Assembly: GCA_001785355.1 (NCBI GenBank)
Contig: MFTQ01000020.1
Span: 1 to 54,277, forward strand
Origin: Candidatus Nomurabacteria bacterium RIFCSPHIGHO2_01_FULL_41_71
Lineage (GTDB): Bacteria > Patescibacteriota > Minisyncoccia > Phycocordibacterales > UBA9973
Direction of reading: 5' to 3'
DNA: 54,277 nucleotides
In this document: in pieces, positions 26,925 to 34,002 of the stretch
Numbering within the stretch: position 1 is the first letter of the stretch
Layout: each line of letters opens with the position of its first letter
Notes under the pieces: model-generated
What the model saw: the letters and a program-made list of their open reading frames with translations, nothing else
Database searches by the model: none
What the model was told of the DNA's origin: nothing
Translations under genes and position numbers: made by a program

Positions 26925-26980
26925 AAAAGGGAGGGCGCTGTACTTGTTGCGTAATATAAGTAGTATGGTATATTTTACTT

Positions 26981-27277
26981 ATGGCCATTCAAAAACATAC
27001 GAAAACCAATGTCCTAAATTTAACCTTAACAGTTCAAGTCTTTAAGGAAGGTAAATACTTTGTTTCCTACAATCCTGAACTAAAAGTTGCAAGTTGTGGC
27101 AAGAATATTGATGAAGCAAAGGAAAAATTAAAGGAAGCAATATCCGGCTTTTTGAAATCGGCCAAAGCGATGAATACCCTAGACGAAATAATGGAAGAAG
27201 CCGGCTTTTCTTATAAAAAGCATCAATGGTTTACCCCAGACCTTTTAGTTATGGATCGTCTGTCCTTGGCGTTTTAA
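26981..27277 (+). CDS. hicB: HicB-family antitoxin
   Basis: 98 aa with a UPF0150/HicB N-terminal fold pattern (VFKEGKYFVSYNPELKVASCGKNIDEAKEKLKEAI), followed 4 nt later by hicA. Confidence 0.75.
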   Translation: MAIQKHTKTNVLNLTLTVQVFKEGKYFVSYNPELKVASCGKNIDEAKEKLKEAISGFLKSAKAMNTLDEIMEEAGFSYKKHQWFTPDLLVMDRLSLAF

Positions 27278-27281
27278 TTTT

Positions 27282-27512
27282 ATGCCAAAAGTAACTCCGA
27301 TTCATTATAAAAAATTAGTGAAGGTTTTTGAATATTTGAATTTTCATTTTGATAGGCAAGAGGGTGATCATTTGATTTATGTTAAAAATGGAATAAAGAG
27401 ACCTGTGGTAATACCCATGTATGATGATGTGCCTGTTTTCATCATCAAAAATGATATAAAGTTAGCCGGTGTTTCGCGAAGCGAATACATGAAAATTTTA
27501 GCAAAAATTTAG
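27282..27512 (+). CDS. hicA: HicA-family mRNA interferase toxin
   Basis: 76 aa with a YcfA/HicA pattern (KKLVKVFEYLNFHFDRQEGDHLIY). Confidence 0.75.
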   Translation: MPKVTPIHYKKLVKVFEYLNFHFDRQEGDHLIYVKNGIKRPVVIPMYDDVPVFIIKNDIKLAGVSRSEYMKILAKI

Positions 27513-27523
27513 AATTTTTTTAA

Positions 27524-27649
27524 GGCCGGGGAACTAAATGGCCAAAAACAATGTGGGGCAAAGTAACCGGCGGCAGAAAAACCAGACGCCCCAAAAAGTA
27601 TTCAAATATTTTCATCGTTTCTCGCCGGGTAAAGAAGGGGAAGAAGTAA
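27524..27649 (+). pseudogene. second, diverged copy of the last 41 codons plus stop of rplB
   Basis: Codon-by-codon alignment with 26799-26924. 16 of 42 codons differ, 12 of them synonymously. The final 36 nt are identical and the frame is intact to the TAA. Confidence 0.85.
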
Positions 27650-27684
27650 AAAAAGAGAAATTAAAAATTAAACAGAATTTTCCT

Positions 27685-27722
27685 TGTCTACCGAAATGAA
27701 CATATGTTCATTTCGGTAGACA
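27685..27722. repeat. perfect 38-nt palindrome, copy 2 (TGTCTACCGAAATGAACATATGTTCATTTCGGTAGACA)
   Basis: Every position pairs. It is followed by TTTT on the + strand, so it may also act as a terminator for hicBA. Confidence 0.85.
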
Positions 27723-27885
27723 TTTTGAAATAAGACTTTTCCACATTTTGATTTGCGTTATGTGTAGATATTGGTAGTCTCTTAAATGGATCCGGCCCTT
27801 TCAGGGGTATCCCAGCCCCCGGCCGGGTCCAGAAGGAGATTATAGGATGTGTTGTAGGCGGCGCGCCCGTTCTAGGAACGGACGC

Positions 27886-27910
27886 AAAAAGGCGCTCCGA
27901 AAGGAGCGCC
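27886..27910 (-). terminator. intrinsic terminator (distal) for the 506-aa gene
   Basis: GGCGCTCC-TTTC-GGAGCGCC followed by TTTTT on the minus strand. Confidence 0.6.
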
Positions 27911-27932
27911 GCCGGCAACTTGGGCTGCCGGC

Positions 27933-27970
27933 AAAAAAAAGGCGGGGGGGGGCTAGCTAGACCCCCCGCC
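27933..27970 (-). terminator. intrinsic terminator (proximal) for the 506-aa gene
   Basis: GGCGGGGGG...CCCCCCGCC followed by T8 on the minus strand. Confidence 0.6.
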
Positions 27971-28098
27971 TCCTCCCGCCGGGCTGGCGCGTTCTAAGCT
28001 AGCCCCAAAATCCACGGCCGGGCCTCGACGCAAGTCGGGCCCGGCCATTCTATTTTTACCCCAACGGCTCATCTCCCGCCATTTGAGCCGTATGAAAT

Positions 28099-29619
28099 TT
28101 ATCCTCTTTTTGCCTGATTCGCCAGATATTCCGCAAGAAGCGCCCGCGCTCCGGCCGACTTCCTCAGCCATTCCGGAAATTGGGACATATTTGGGACGGA
28201 AATCTTGTTTGTTTTCAGGGCTTCTGTTGCCGCTCCGGCGGTGCCGACTACTTCCAACTGCTCGCTACCTCTTTTACTTGTTGTCATTTTTATAAGTACC
28301 ACCCCCGGCATCATTCTTGTTGTTTTTTTCTTTCCCTCTCTTTCCACTACCGGCACATTTACCTCAAAACCGCCTTTTTCGATCAGGCTCTTTATCTCCT
28401 CCGTCACTTTTCCTTTTTTTTCCGAATCGGGAGCGCGTCCCGGAGCTTTCTCCGCTCCGGCAGCAGAGCCGTCTTTCTTTTTTTCTCCTGATTTTTTCTT
28501 GGCAAACATGTATTCTTCTCCGTTGCCGAGTAACTGGCGGAGAATCTGCTGGCCGGTAATCGCCCGCCCCAACTCTTCCAGAAGTTTTTTCATAGACTCG
28601 TCTTCCTCTTTTACTCCGGCATCCAAAGCTTCCCGTTCCGGTTTTTTCTTATCTTGAAGAAAGCTAAGAGTTTGACCGTAATGCACCCCCATCATCATCC
28701 AGGGAGCCACTTCGTTTTCTTTAATTTTTTTGTCCCGATACGCTTCCGCCAATTTTTTTCTTATTTCTTCAAAAATTCCGGGAGTTTTCCCCTGTTCGCC
28801 AAGGGCTGATTTTAGCTTAGTCTCAATATCTTGGTCATCTATTACTTCTTTGATTTTTTTAAAGGCCCTGTTTTGCCGGCTCCGGACGGATTTGAGATCC
28901 GGGATAAACTTTGCTTGGAGGAGTTTTAGCCTTCCTTCTTTTAAAACTTTGGCCGCCGCCGTCCGCTTTTCCGCCTCTCTGGCTTCGATATATCCGAGAA
29001 CTCGGGGATTTGCTTCTATCTCCCGGATCGTCGCTTCGGTCTCTTCGGTTCTTCGTTTGTAAACCGCCAGGGTCCTTTCGATTATTTCTCCCCGCCGGGT
29101 TGAAATTCTATTTTGTTCTTCCAATATTCTTCTCTTTATTTCCTCTCGGAATTTTTCTCGAATGGTAAAAAGTTTAGCCAATGTTTGAGCTTCATCAGGG
29201 GATAGACTTTTTATGCTCTGGAATCTATACAGGACTGTGTCCATATTTTCCAAAATTCTTTTTTGAAGCGGATCTTTCGAATCGCGATCGATTATTTTTT
29301 CTTCTGCCAGGGCTCCATAGTCTCCCGGATTCAGATTTTCCATCGGAGACAATTGCCCGAGCCACTTCAAATATTCTTCGAAGGCACGCAGATACCTGAG
29401 CTGTTCTACTTGTTTTTCCCTCTCATTCACCCTTTTCCCTATTTCTTCTTCGGTGACCAGAGCTTCGGTCGCCATCTTATCCGCCTCTTTCAGTAAATCT
29501 CCCATTTCTTCGGGACTTGGGAAGGAGAACGTTTCTTCTTGCGGAACATCATTATTTTGTTTATTTTCCACCGGGGGCTCATTTGGTTTGGGTATATTGG
29601 AATTTATTCCTTCATTCAT
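28099..29619 (-). CDS. hypothetical 506-aa charged, coiled-coil-rich protein (orphan), antisense to the ribosomal operon
   Basis: Long ORF with its own promoter and terminators. No catalytic, TM or nucleic-acid-binding motif recognised by eye. Confidence 0.7.
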   Translation of the reverse strand: MNEGINSNIPKPNEPPVENKQNNDVPQEETFSFPSPEEMGDLLKEADKMATEALVTEEEIGKRVNEREKQVEQLRYLRAFEEYLKWLGQLSPMENLNPGDYGALAEEKIIDRDSKDPLQKRILENMDTVLYRFQSIKSLSPDEAQTLAKLFTIREKFREEIKRRILEEQNRISTRRGEIIERTLAVYKRRTEETEATIREIEANPRVLGYIEAREAEKRTAAAKVLKEGRLKLLQAKFIPDLKSVRSRQNRAFKKIKEVIDDQDIETKLKSALGEQGKTPGIFEEIRKKLAEAYRDKKIKENEVAPWMMMGVHYGQTLSFLQDKKKPEREALDAGVKEEDESMKKLLEELGRAITGQQILRQLLGNGEEYMFAKKKSGEKKKDGSAAGAEKAPGRAPDSEKKGKVTEEIKSLIEKGGFEVNVPVVEREGKKKTTRMMPGVVLIKMTTSKRGSEQLEVVGTAGAATEALKTNKISVPNMSQFPEWLRKSAGARALLAEYLANQAKRG

Positions 29620-29625
29620 ACTTTT

Positions 29626-29654
29626 ATGCTAAGATTTTTTCATTTTAAAGTCAA
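29626..29654 (-). promoter_or_regulatory. promoter TTGACT-N17-TAGCAT with the ATG 6 nt after the -10 (leaderless)
   Basis: Minus strand: TTGACT at 29654-29649, TAGCAT at 29631-29626, spacer aaaagt, ATG at 29619. Confidence 0.55.
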
Positions 29655-29667
29655 ATCATATTTTCCC

Positions 29668-29695
29668 TTGCTTTTATATTTAAATTTGATATTAT
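29668..29695 (+). promoter_or_regulatory. promoter TTGCTT-N16-(TGa)TATTAT restarting rpsS and downstream genes
   Basis: TTGCTT at 29668-29673 and TATTAT at 29690-29695 with TG at 29687-29688. Confidence 0.45.
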
Positions 29696-29747
29696 AAATC
29701 CAAGCTCGCTAAGGGCTTATTTTAATGTCTGCCGAATAATTTTTATC

Positions 29748-30098
29748 ATGACCAGAAGCATAAAAAAAGGGATGTATGTTGATGAACGGCTCCTGAAAAA
29801 GGTTGCCGGCAAAAATCCGCTTCAAACCCCCATGATCAAGACTTGGAATCGGGCTTCAGTGGTGTCCCCGGAGATGCTCGGTTTTATCTTCGGCGTTTAT
29901 AACGGTAAGACGCATGTGGAAGTGTTGGTCACGGAGGACATGGTGGGTCACAGACTGGGAGAATTTTCCCCAACCAAGAAATTTATTAAGCATGGCGGAA
30001 AGATGCAGAAAGAACTCGAGCAGAAAAAGAAAGAGGCCGAAATAGCGGCCGCCCAGGGAGCGAAAGCCGCCGCGACGGATGCCAAGGGAACGAAATAG
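29748..30098 (+). CDS. rpsS: 30S ribosomal protein S19 with C-terminal Lys/Ala-rich extension
   Basis: S19 core (GKTHVEVLVTEDMVGHRLGEFSPTKKF) plus a tail of about 25 aa. Confidence 0.93.
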   Translation: MTRSIKKGMYVDERLLKKVAGKNPLQTPMIKTWNRASVVSPEMLGFIFGVYNGKTHVEVLVTEDMVGHRLGEFSPTKKFIKHGGKMQKELEQKKKEAEIAAAQGAKAAATDAKGTK

Positions 30099-30228
30099 GA
30101 ATATGAATCCTGTTAAAAGCCGCGATCGCAATTTAAAATACAAACAAAAATATGAAATTAAATATTAGAAAAATTAGTAACATAAAATATCAGACACGCG
30201 AGTTGATCGCGGTCTGCTTCTAAACGGG

Positions 30229-30564
30229 ATGAAAGCATTTTTAAAAAATTACAGACAATCTCCGAGAAAGGTCCGCGCGGTGGCTGACCTGGTGAGGGGT
30301 AAGAAAGCGGAGGCCGCCATGGCCGAACTCGGTTTTCTTCCCAAGAGAGCCGGAGTTCCGCTTAAGAAACTTCTTTCTTCGGCGGTAGCCAATGCGAAAA
30401 ACATCGGAGTTCAGGCGGAAAATCTTTTCATTAAGGAATTCCGAGTGGACAAGGGCATTACCATGAAGCGAATGATGCCGGCGGCCATGGGTAGCGCGCA
30501 TCGGATCAACAAACGCACTAGCAATATCACCCTTGTTTTAGCGGAGAAGGCAAATAAGAAATAA
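30229..30564 (+). CDS. rplV: 50S ribosomal protein L22
   Basis: 111 aa; L22 pattern (SPRKVRAVADLVRGK). Confidence 0.93.
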   Translation: MKAFLKNYRQSPRKVRAVADLVRGKKAEAAMAELGFLPKRAGVPLKKLLSSAVANAKNIGVQAENLFIKEFRVDKGITMKRMMPAAMGSAHRINKRTSNITLVLAEKANKK

Positions 30565-30565
30565 T

Positions 30566-31255
30566 ATGAGCAAGATCGTTCATCCATACGCGCATAGATT
30601 GGTAATACTTCGGGACTGGAAGTCCAGATGGTTTGCCGATCCTAAAAAGTATGTGACATATTTGAAAGGCGATGTTTTGATCCGGGAATATCTGGAGAAA
30701 AAGTTGCGCGGATTGTATGTTTCCTCTATCGAAATCGAGAGAAGAGAGAAGGCGACTAGAGTAATCATCCGCACTTCGCGACCCGGGCTTTTAATAGGCC
30801 GGAGTGGCGAAGGCGCCACCAAACTCAAGGCGGATATTTTAAAAAAAATGGAAAACCTCAAGTTGCCAAAGCCTGAAGAATTCAAGCTTGAAATCATTGA
30901 AATTTCCAATCCCGAAGCGGATGCGTCCATCGTGGCCTATATGATCGCGGAAGGACTCGAGAAGCGCATGCCATATCGGCGAGTAATCAAGCAGATTTTG
31001 GAGAAAGTAATGTCCGCGCGCGGAGTGGAGGGGGCAAAAGTGGTACTCTCCGGCCGTTTGGGCGGCGCGGAAATCGCCCGCACCGAAGAGCTCAAACGAG
31101 GATCCATTCCGCTTCAGACTTTTCGAGCGGATATAGATTTTAAAAGAGAGCGAGCCGTCATGTCTTACGGGACCATAGGCATCAAGGTATGGATATATCG
31201 GGGTAAGATTTTTTCAGATCGGAAGAAAGACAATAAAGACGCGGATAATAATTAA
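30566..31255 (+). CDS. rpsC: 30S ribosomal protein S3
   Basis: 229 aa; KH domain and S3 C-terminal domain (GRLGGAEIARTE). Confidence 0.95.
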   Translation: MSKIVHPYAHRLVILRDWKSRWFADPKKYVTYLKGDVLIREYLEKKLRGLYVSSIEIERREKATRVIIRTSRPGLLIGRSGEGATKLKADILKKMENLKLPKPEEFKLEIIEISNPEADASIVAYMIAEGLEKRMPYRRVIKQILEKVMSARGVEGAKVVLSGRLGGAEIARTEELKRGSIPLQTFRADIDFKRERAVMSYGTIGIKVWIYRGKIFSDRKKDNKDADNN

Positions 31256-31264
31256 TTTAAACAT

Positions 31265-31693
31265 ATGTTGCTTCCCAAAAAAGTAAAATTTAGAAAATGG
31301 CAGACAGGTCGCAAGAATCGGAAGGCGATAAGTTCCGATACCAGAGGTACCAGGCTTGCCTTCGGATCTTTCGGACTCAAATCTGAAACTCAAGCCCGTG
31401 TTAAATCCACTCAAATCGAATCTGCCAGAAAAGTAATTTCCCGCACCCTCACCAAATCAGGCAAATACTGGGTGCGTATTTTTCCGGATCGTCCTTATAC
31501 GGCCAAAGCGGCCGAAGTGGGCATGGGAAAGGGTAAGGGAGACCCGCAAGGATATTGTTTTGATGTTCTGCCGGGAAGAATTATCTTTGAAGTGGATGGC
31601 GTGGAGGACAAGGTGGCCAAGGAAGCGCTCCGCAAGGCCGGAAGCAAGCTTCCGGTAAAAGCGAAGATAATAAGCAGGGCTTACGCGGAATAA
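31265..31693 (+). CDS. rplP: 50S ribosomal protein L16
   Basis: 142 aa starting [16 protein letters not shown]. Confidence 0.95.
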   Translation: MLLPKKVKFRKWQTGRKNRKAISSDTRGTRLAFGSFGLKSETQARVKSTQIESARKVISRTLTKSGKYWVRIFPDRPYTAKAAEVGMGKGKGDPQGYCFDVLPGRIIFEVDGVEDKVAKEALRKAGSKLPVKAKIISRAYAE

Positions 31694-31697
31694 AATT

Positions 31698-31973
31698 ATG
31701 GCGAATAAAACAAATAAAACCAAAGAAGAAGTAGAAAAGGGTGTCGGAGCAAAGATGCTTTCGGGTGTGGTGGTGTCGGACAAGATGGACAAAACCGTGA
31801 TTGTCTCCGTTTCGCGTTTTGTGAAGCATCCGCTGTATGGCAAATTCTACAAAGTCAGTAAAAAGTATAAAGCGCATGATGAAGATAACAAATACAAAGT
31901 CGGCGATATTGTGGAAATAGTGTCCACTAGGCCGATTTCCAAGGATAAGCGGTTTAGAGTAGTAAGTAAATAA
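31698..31973 (+). CDS. rpsQ: 30S ribosomal protein S17
   Basis: 91 aa; [16 protein letters not shown]...HPLYGK pattern. Confidence 0.92.
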   Translation: MANKTNKTKEEVEKGVGAKMLSGVVVSDKMDKTVIVSVSRFVKHPLYGKFYKVSKKYKAHDEDNKYKVGDIVEIVSTRPISKDKRFRVVSK

Positions 31974-31977
31974 AACC

Positions 31978-32349
31978 ATGATTCAACCACGATCTTTAGT
32001 AAAAATAACTGACAATACCGGAGGCGTTCTTGGCGCGGTTTTTAAAGTTTTGGGGTCTTCCAAAAAAAGATACGCCAAGCTTGGCGATATCGTGGTAATT
32101 TCGATAAAATCCGCCAGTCCCAGAAAGGCGGTAAAAAAGAAAGAGGTGCATCAGGCGGTGGTAGTGCGCACCAGAAATGCCGAGCGTCGTCGCGACGGGT
32201 CCTATATCCGTTTTGACGACAATGCGGTGGTTATACTGGAGAAAGGCAAACTCGATCCCAAGGCCGGGCGCGTATTCGGTCCCATACCGCGAGAGCTTGC
32301 CGAGAAAGGATTCCAAAAAATTATTTCTTTGGCGCCAGAAGTGATATAA
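31978..32349 (+). CDS. rplN: 50S ribosomal protein L14
   Basis: 123 aa starting MIQPRSLVKITDNTG. Confidence 0.95.
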   Translation: MIQPRSLVKITDNTGGVLGAVFKVLGSSKKRYAKLGDIVVISIKSASPRKAVKKKEVHQAVVVRTRNAERRRDGSYIRFDDNAVVILEKGKLDPKAGRVFGPIPRELAEKGFQKIISLAPEVI

Positions 32350-32377
32350 AAATTGTGAAGTTCATAAAACGAATGTT

Positions 32378-32596
32378 ATGAAAATAAAAAAAGGAGACAA
32401 TGTGACGGTGATAGCTGGCAAGGATAAGGGAAAATCCGGCAAGATTTTGAAGTCTTTGCCCGCGCTTGATAAAGTGGTGGTGGAAGGACTTAATATGGCG
32501 AAAAAACACAAGCGTCCGAGAAAATCAAATGAAAAAGGATCCATGGTAAATATCGCTATGCCGATTCATGTTTCCAATGTGAAGAAGATAAGTTAA
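32378..32596 (+). CDS. rplX: 50S ribosomal protein L24 (short, 72 aa)
   Basis: KOW motif MKIKKGDNVTVIAGKDKGKSGKI. Confidence 0.9.
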   Translation: MKIKKGDNVTVIAGKDKGKSGKILKSLPALDKVVVEGLNMAKKHKRPRKSNEKGSMVNIAMPIHVSNVKKIS

Positions 32597-32598
32597 AT

Positions 32599-33156
32599 AT
32601 GAAAAATCAAACCATAAAAGAAAAAGAAGCGGGCGCGTATGAAAAAATGAAAAGCGCTTTTCATTACAAGAATGCTTTAGCCGCGCCGCGTCTTCAGAAA
32701 ATAGTGATCAATGTCGGCACCGGCACCTTGATGAAAAAGGATAAAAATAAAAATGAAGCCGTAGCTACGCGTCTTTCCAAGATTACCGGACAGAAGGCCG
32801 CCATGCGGGGAGCCAAGCAGTCCATTTCATCTTTTAAAGTAAGACAAGGCGACCCCATCGGAATCATAGTCACTCTCCGTGGCAAGAGGATGTATGCATT
32901 TCTCGAAAAATTTCTGAATATTGCGCTTCCGCGCACCAAAGATTTTCGCGGCATTTCTCCCGGCGCGGTGGATAACGTAGGCAATCTTTCCATTGGTGTC
33001 AAAGAACACACTATTTTCCCGGAAACGGCGGATGAAGATATTCGGGATGTTTTCGGTCTCTCTGTTACTATTGTTTCTGCGGCGAAAAACAAAGAAGAAG
33101 GCAAGACCTTTTTCGAACTCTTGGGCGTGCCTTTCAAGAAGGAGGAGAATAAATAA
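32599..33156 (+). CDS. rplE: 50S ribosomal protein L5
   Basis: 185 aa with clear L5 sequence (PRLQKIVINVGTG, RDFRG). Confidence 0.95.
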   Translation: MKNQTIKEKEAGAYEKMKSAFHYKNALAAPRLQKIVINVGTGTLMKKDKNKNEAVATRLSKITGQKAAMRGAKQSISSFKVRQGDPIGIIVTLRGKRMYAFLEKFLNIALPRTKDFRGISPGAVDNVGNLSIGVKEHTIFPETADEDIRDVFGLSVTIVSAAKNKEEGKTFFELLGVPFKKEENK

Positions 33157-33192
33157 AATTATTAAAACACCCCTCGGGGATTTTTTATTTAT

Positions 33193-33221
33193 TTGACTAT
33201 TTTGCCCTGTTTTGCTAGCAT
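33193..33221 (+). promoter_or_regulatory. internal promoter TTGACT-N17-TAGCAT upstream of rpsN
   Basis: TTGACT at 33193-33198 and TAGCAT at 33216-33221, giving a leader of about 95 nt to the rpsN ATG. Confidence 0.45.
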
Positions 33222-33323
33222 GTGAATGCCTCGAGACAGGCTGATCCGTGTTTCTTCTTAAGGCTTGAAAGCAGGTTTTAAGAAAAAATACGCGATATCA
33301 CCTCTTGAAAATGGCATTTTCAC

Positions 33324-33509
33324 ATGGCAAAAACATCCGTAGTGGCGAGATCAAAAAAGAAACCGAAATTTTCCACCCGACGTAAGAATCGATGTTTTCG
33401 GTGTGGTCGAGGAAATGCCTTTATGCGGGATTTCGGCATTTGTCGCATTTGTTTTAGAGAGCTTGCCAATGAAGGAATGCTTCCCGGAGTTCGAAAATCA
33501 AGTTGGTAG
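33324..33509 (+). CDS. rpsN: 30S ribosomal protein S14, zinc-binding type Z
   Basis: 61 aa with CFRCGR...CRIC. Confidence 0.92.
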   Translation: MAKTSVVARSKKKPKFSTRRKNRCFRCGRGNAFMRDFGICRICFRELANEGMLPGVRKSSW

Positions 33510-33568
33510 ATAGCAGAAGCCCGACATTTAGGTGTCGGACACCTAAATTACTTAAATAATTACATTTT

Positions 33569-33955
33569 ATGGATCCTATTTCCAATATGCTTATAATGAT
33601 CAAAAATGCTTCACTCTCCGGAAAAGAGTCTGTCTTGGTACCCTTTTCGAAGATTAAATTTTCCATAAGTGAATGTTTGGCTAAAGAGGGTTATATTAAA
33701 AGTGTTGCGAAAAAAGTTAGAAAGGATCACCCAGTATTAGAGCTTGAACTTCAGTATATTGGCAAGGAGCCGAAAATTAAAGAAGTGGAAAGAATTTCCA
33801 AGCAATCCAGACGAGTTTATTTCGGCATGAAAGACATTCATCCGGTGAAGGGAGGGACGGGTGTATTAGTGCTTTCGACTCCAAAAGGGATTCTTTCTGG
33901 CAGGAATGCCAGAAAGGAACAGGTCGGCGGGGAAGCGTTGTTTAGGCTTTGGTAA
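33569..33955 (+). CDS. rpsH: 30S ribosomal protein S8
   Basis: 128 aa starting MDPISNMLIMIKNA. Confidence 0.95.
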   Translation: MDPISNMLIMIKNASLSGKESVLVPFSKIKFSISECLAKEGYIKSVAKKVRKDHPVLELELQYIGKEPKIKEVERISKQSRRVYFGMKDIHPVKGGTGVLVLSTPKGILSGRNARKEQVGGEALFRLW

Positions 33956-34002
33956 TCAAGACAAGTGAAAAGTTATAAAGTAGAAAGTTTATAAATAAAA
34001 TT

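Larger units (their letters stand above)
26925..27657 (+). mobile_element. small hicBA cassette bracketed by direct, diverged copies of the rplB 3' end; no integrase seen
   Basis: The repeats are 26799-26924 and 27524-27649. The cassette has its own TGgTATATT-N6-ATG promoter. Confidence 0.45.
27787..28058 (+). ncRNA. R2: GC-rich hairpin array; candidate structured RNA (strand uncertain) overlapping the 3' UTR of the antisense 506-aa gene
   Basis: Hairpins at 27787-27831 (a U-G pair valid on + only), 27863-27885, 27891-27910 (GAAA loop), 27911-27932, 27941-27970 and 28016-28046 (13 bp, GCAA loop, then AUUCUAUUUUU). A 10-bp long-range helix pairs 27949-27958 with 27997-28006. About 64% G+C over 27781-28080 by hand count. 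Confidence 0.35.

Noticed and set aside
27911-27932. On the minus strand, the hairpin loop GCCCAAGU resembles the CCCAAGC loop of twister ribozymes.
   Set aside because: The flanking sequence does not supply the remaining twister helices or pseudoknot partners in the right order, so this is probably coincidence.
27847-27960. A 37-codon Arg-rich small ORF with an AAGGAG SD inside R2.
   Set aside because: It cannot be distinguished from chance in GC-rich DNA without conservation or expression data. It is mentioned under R2 only.
28085-28100. GAGCCGTATG resembles the 5' half of group II intron domain V.
   Set aside because: There is no complementary ATACGGTTC half and no intron-encoded protein. 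The sequence lies at the 3' end of the 506-aa ORF.
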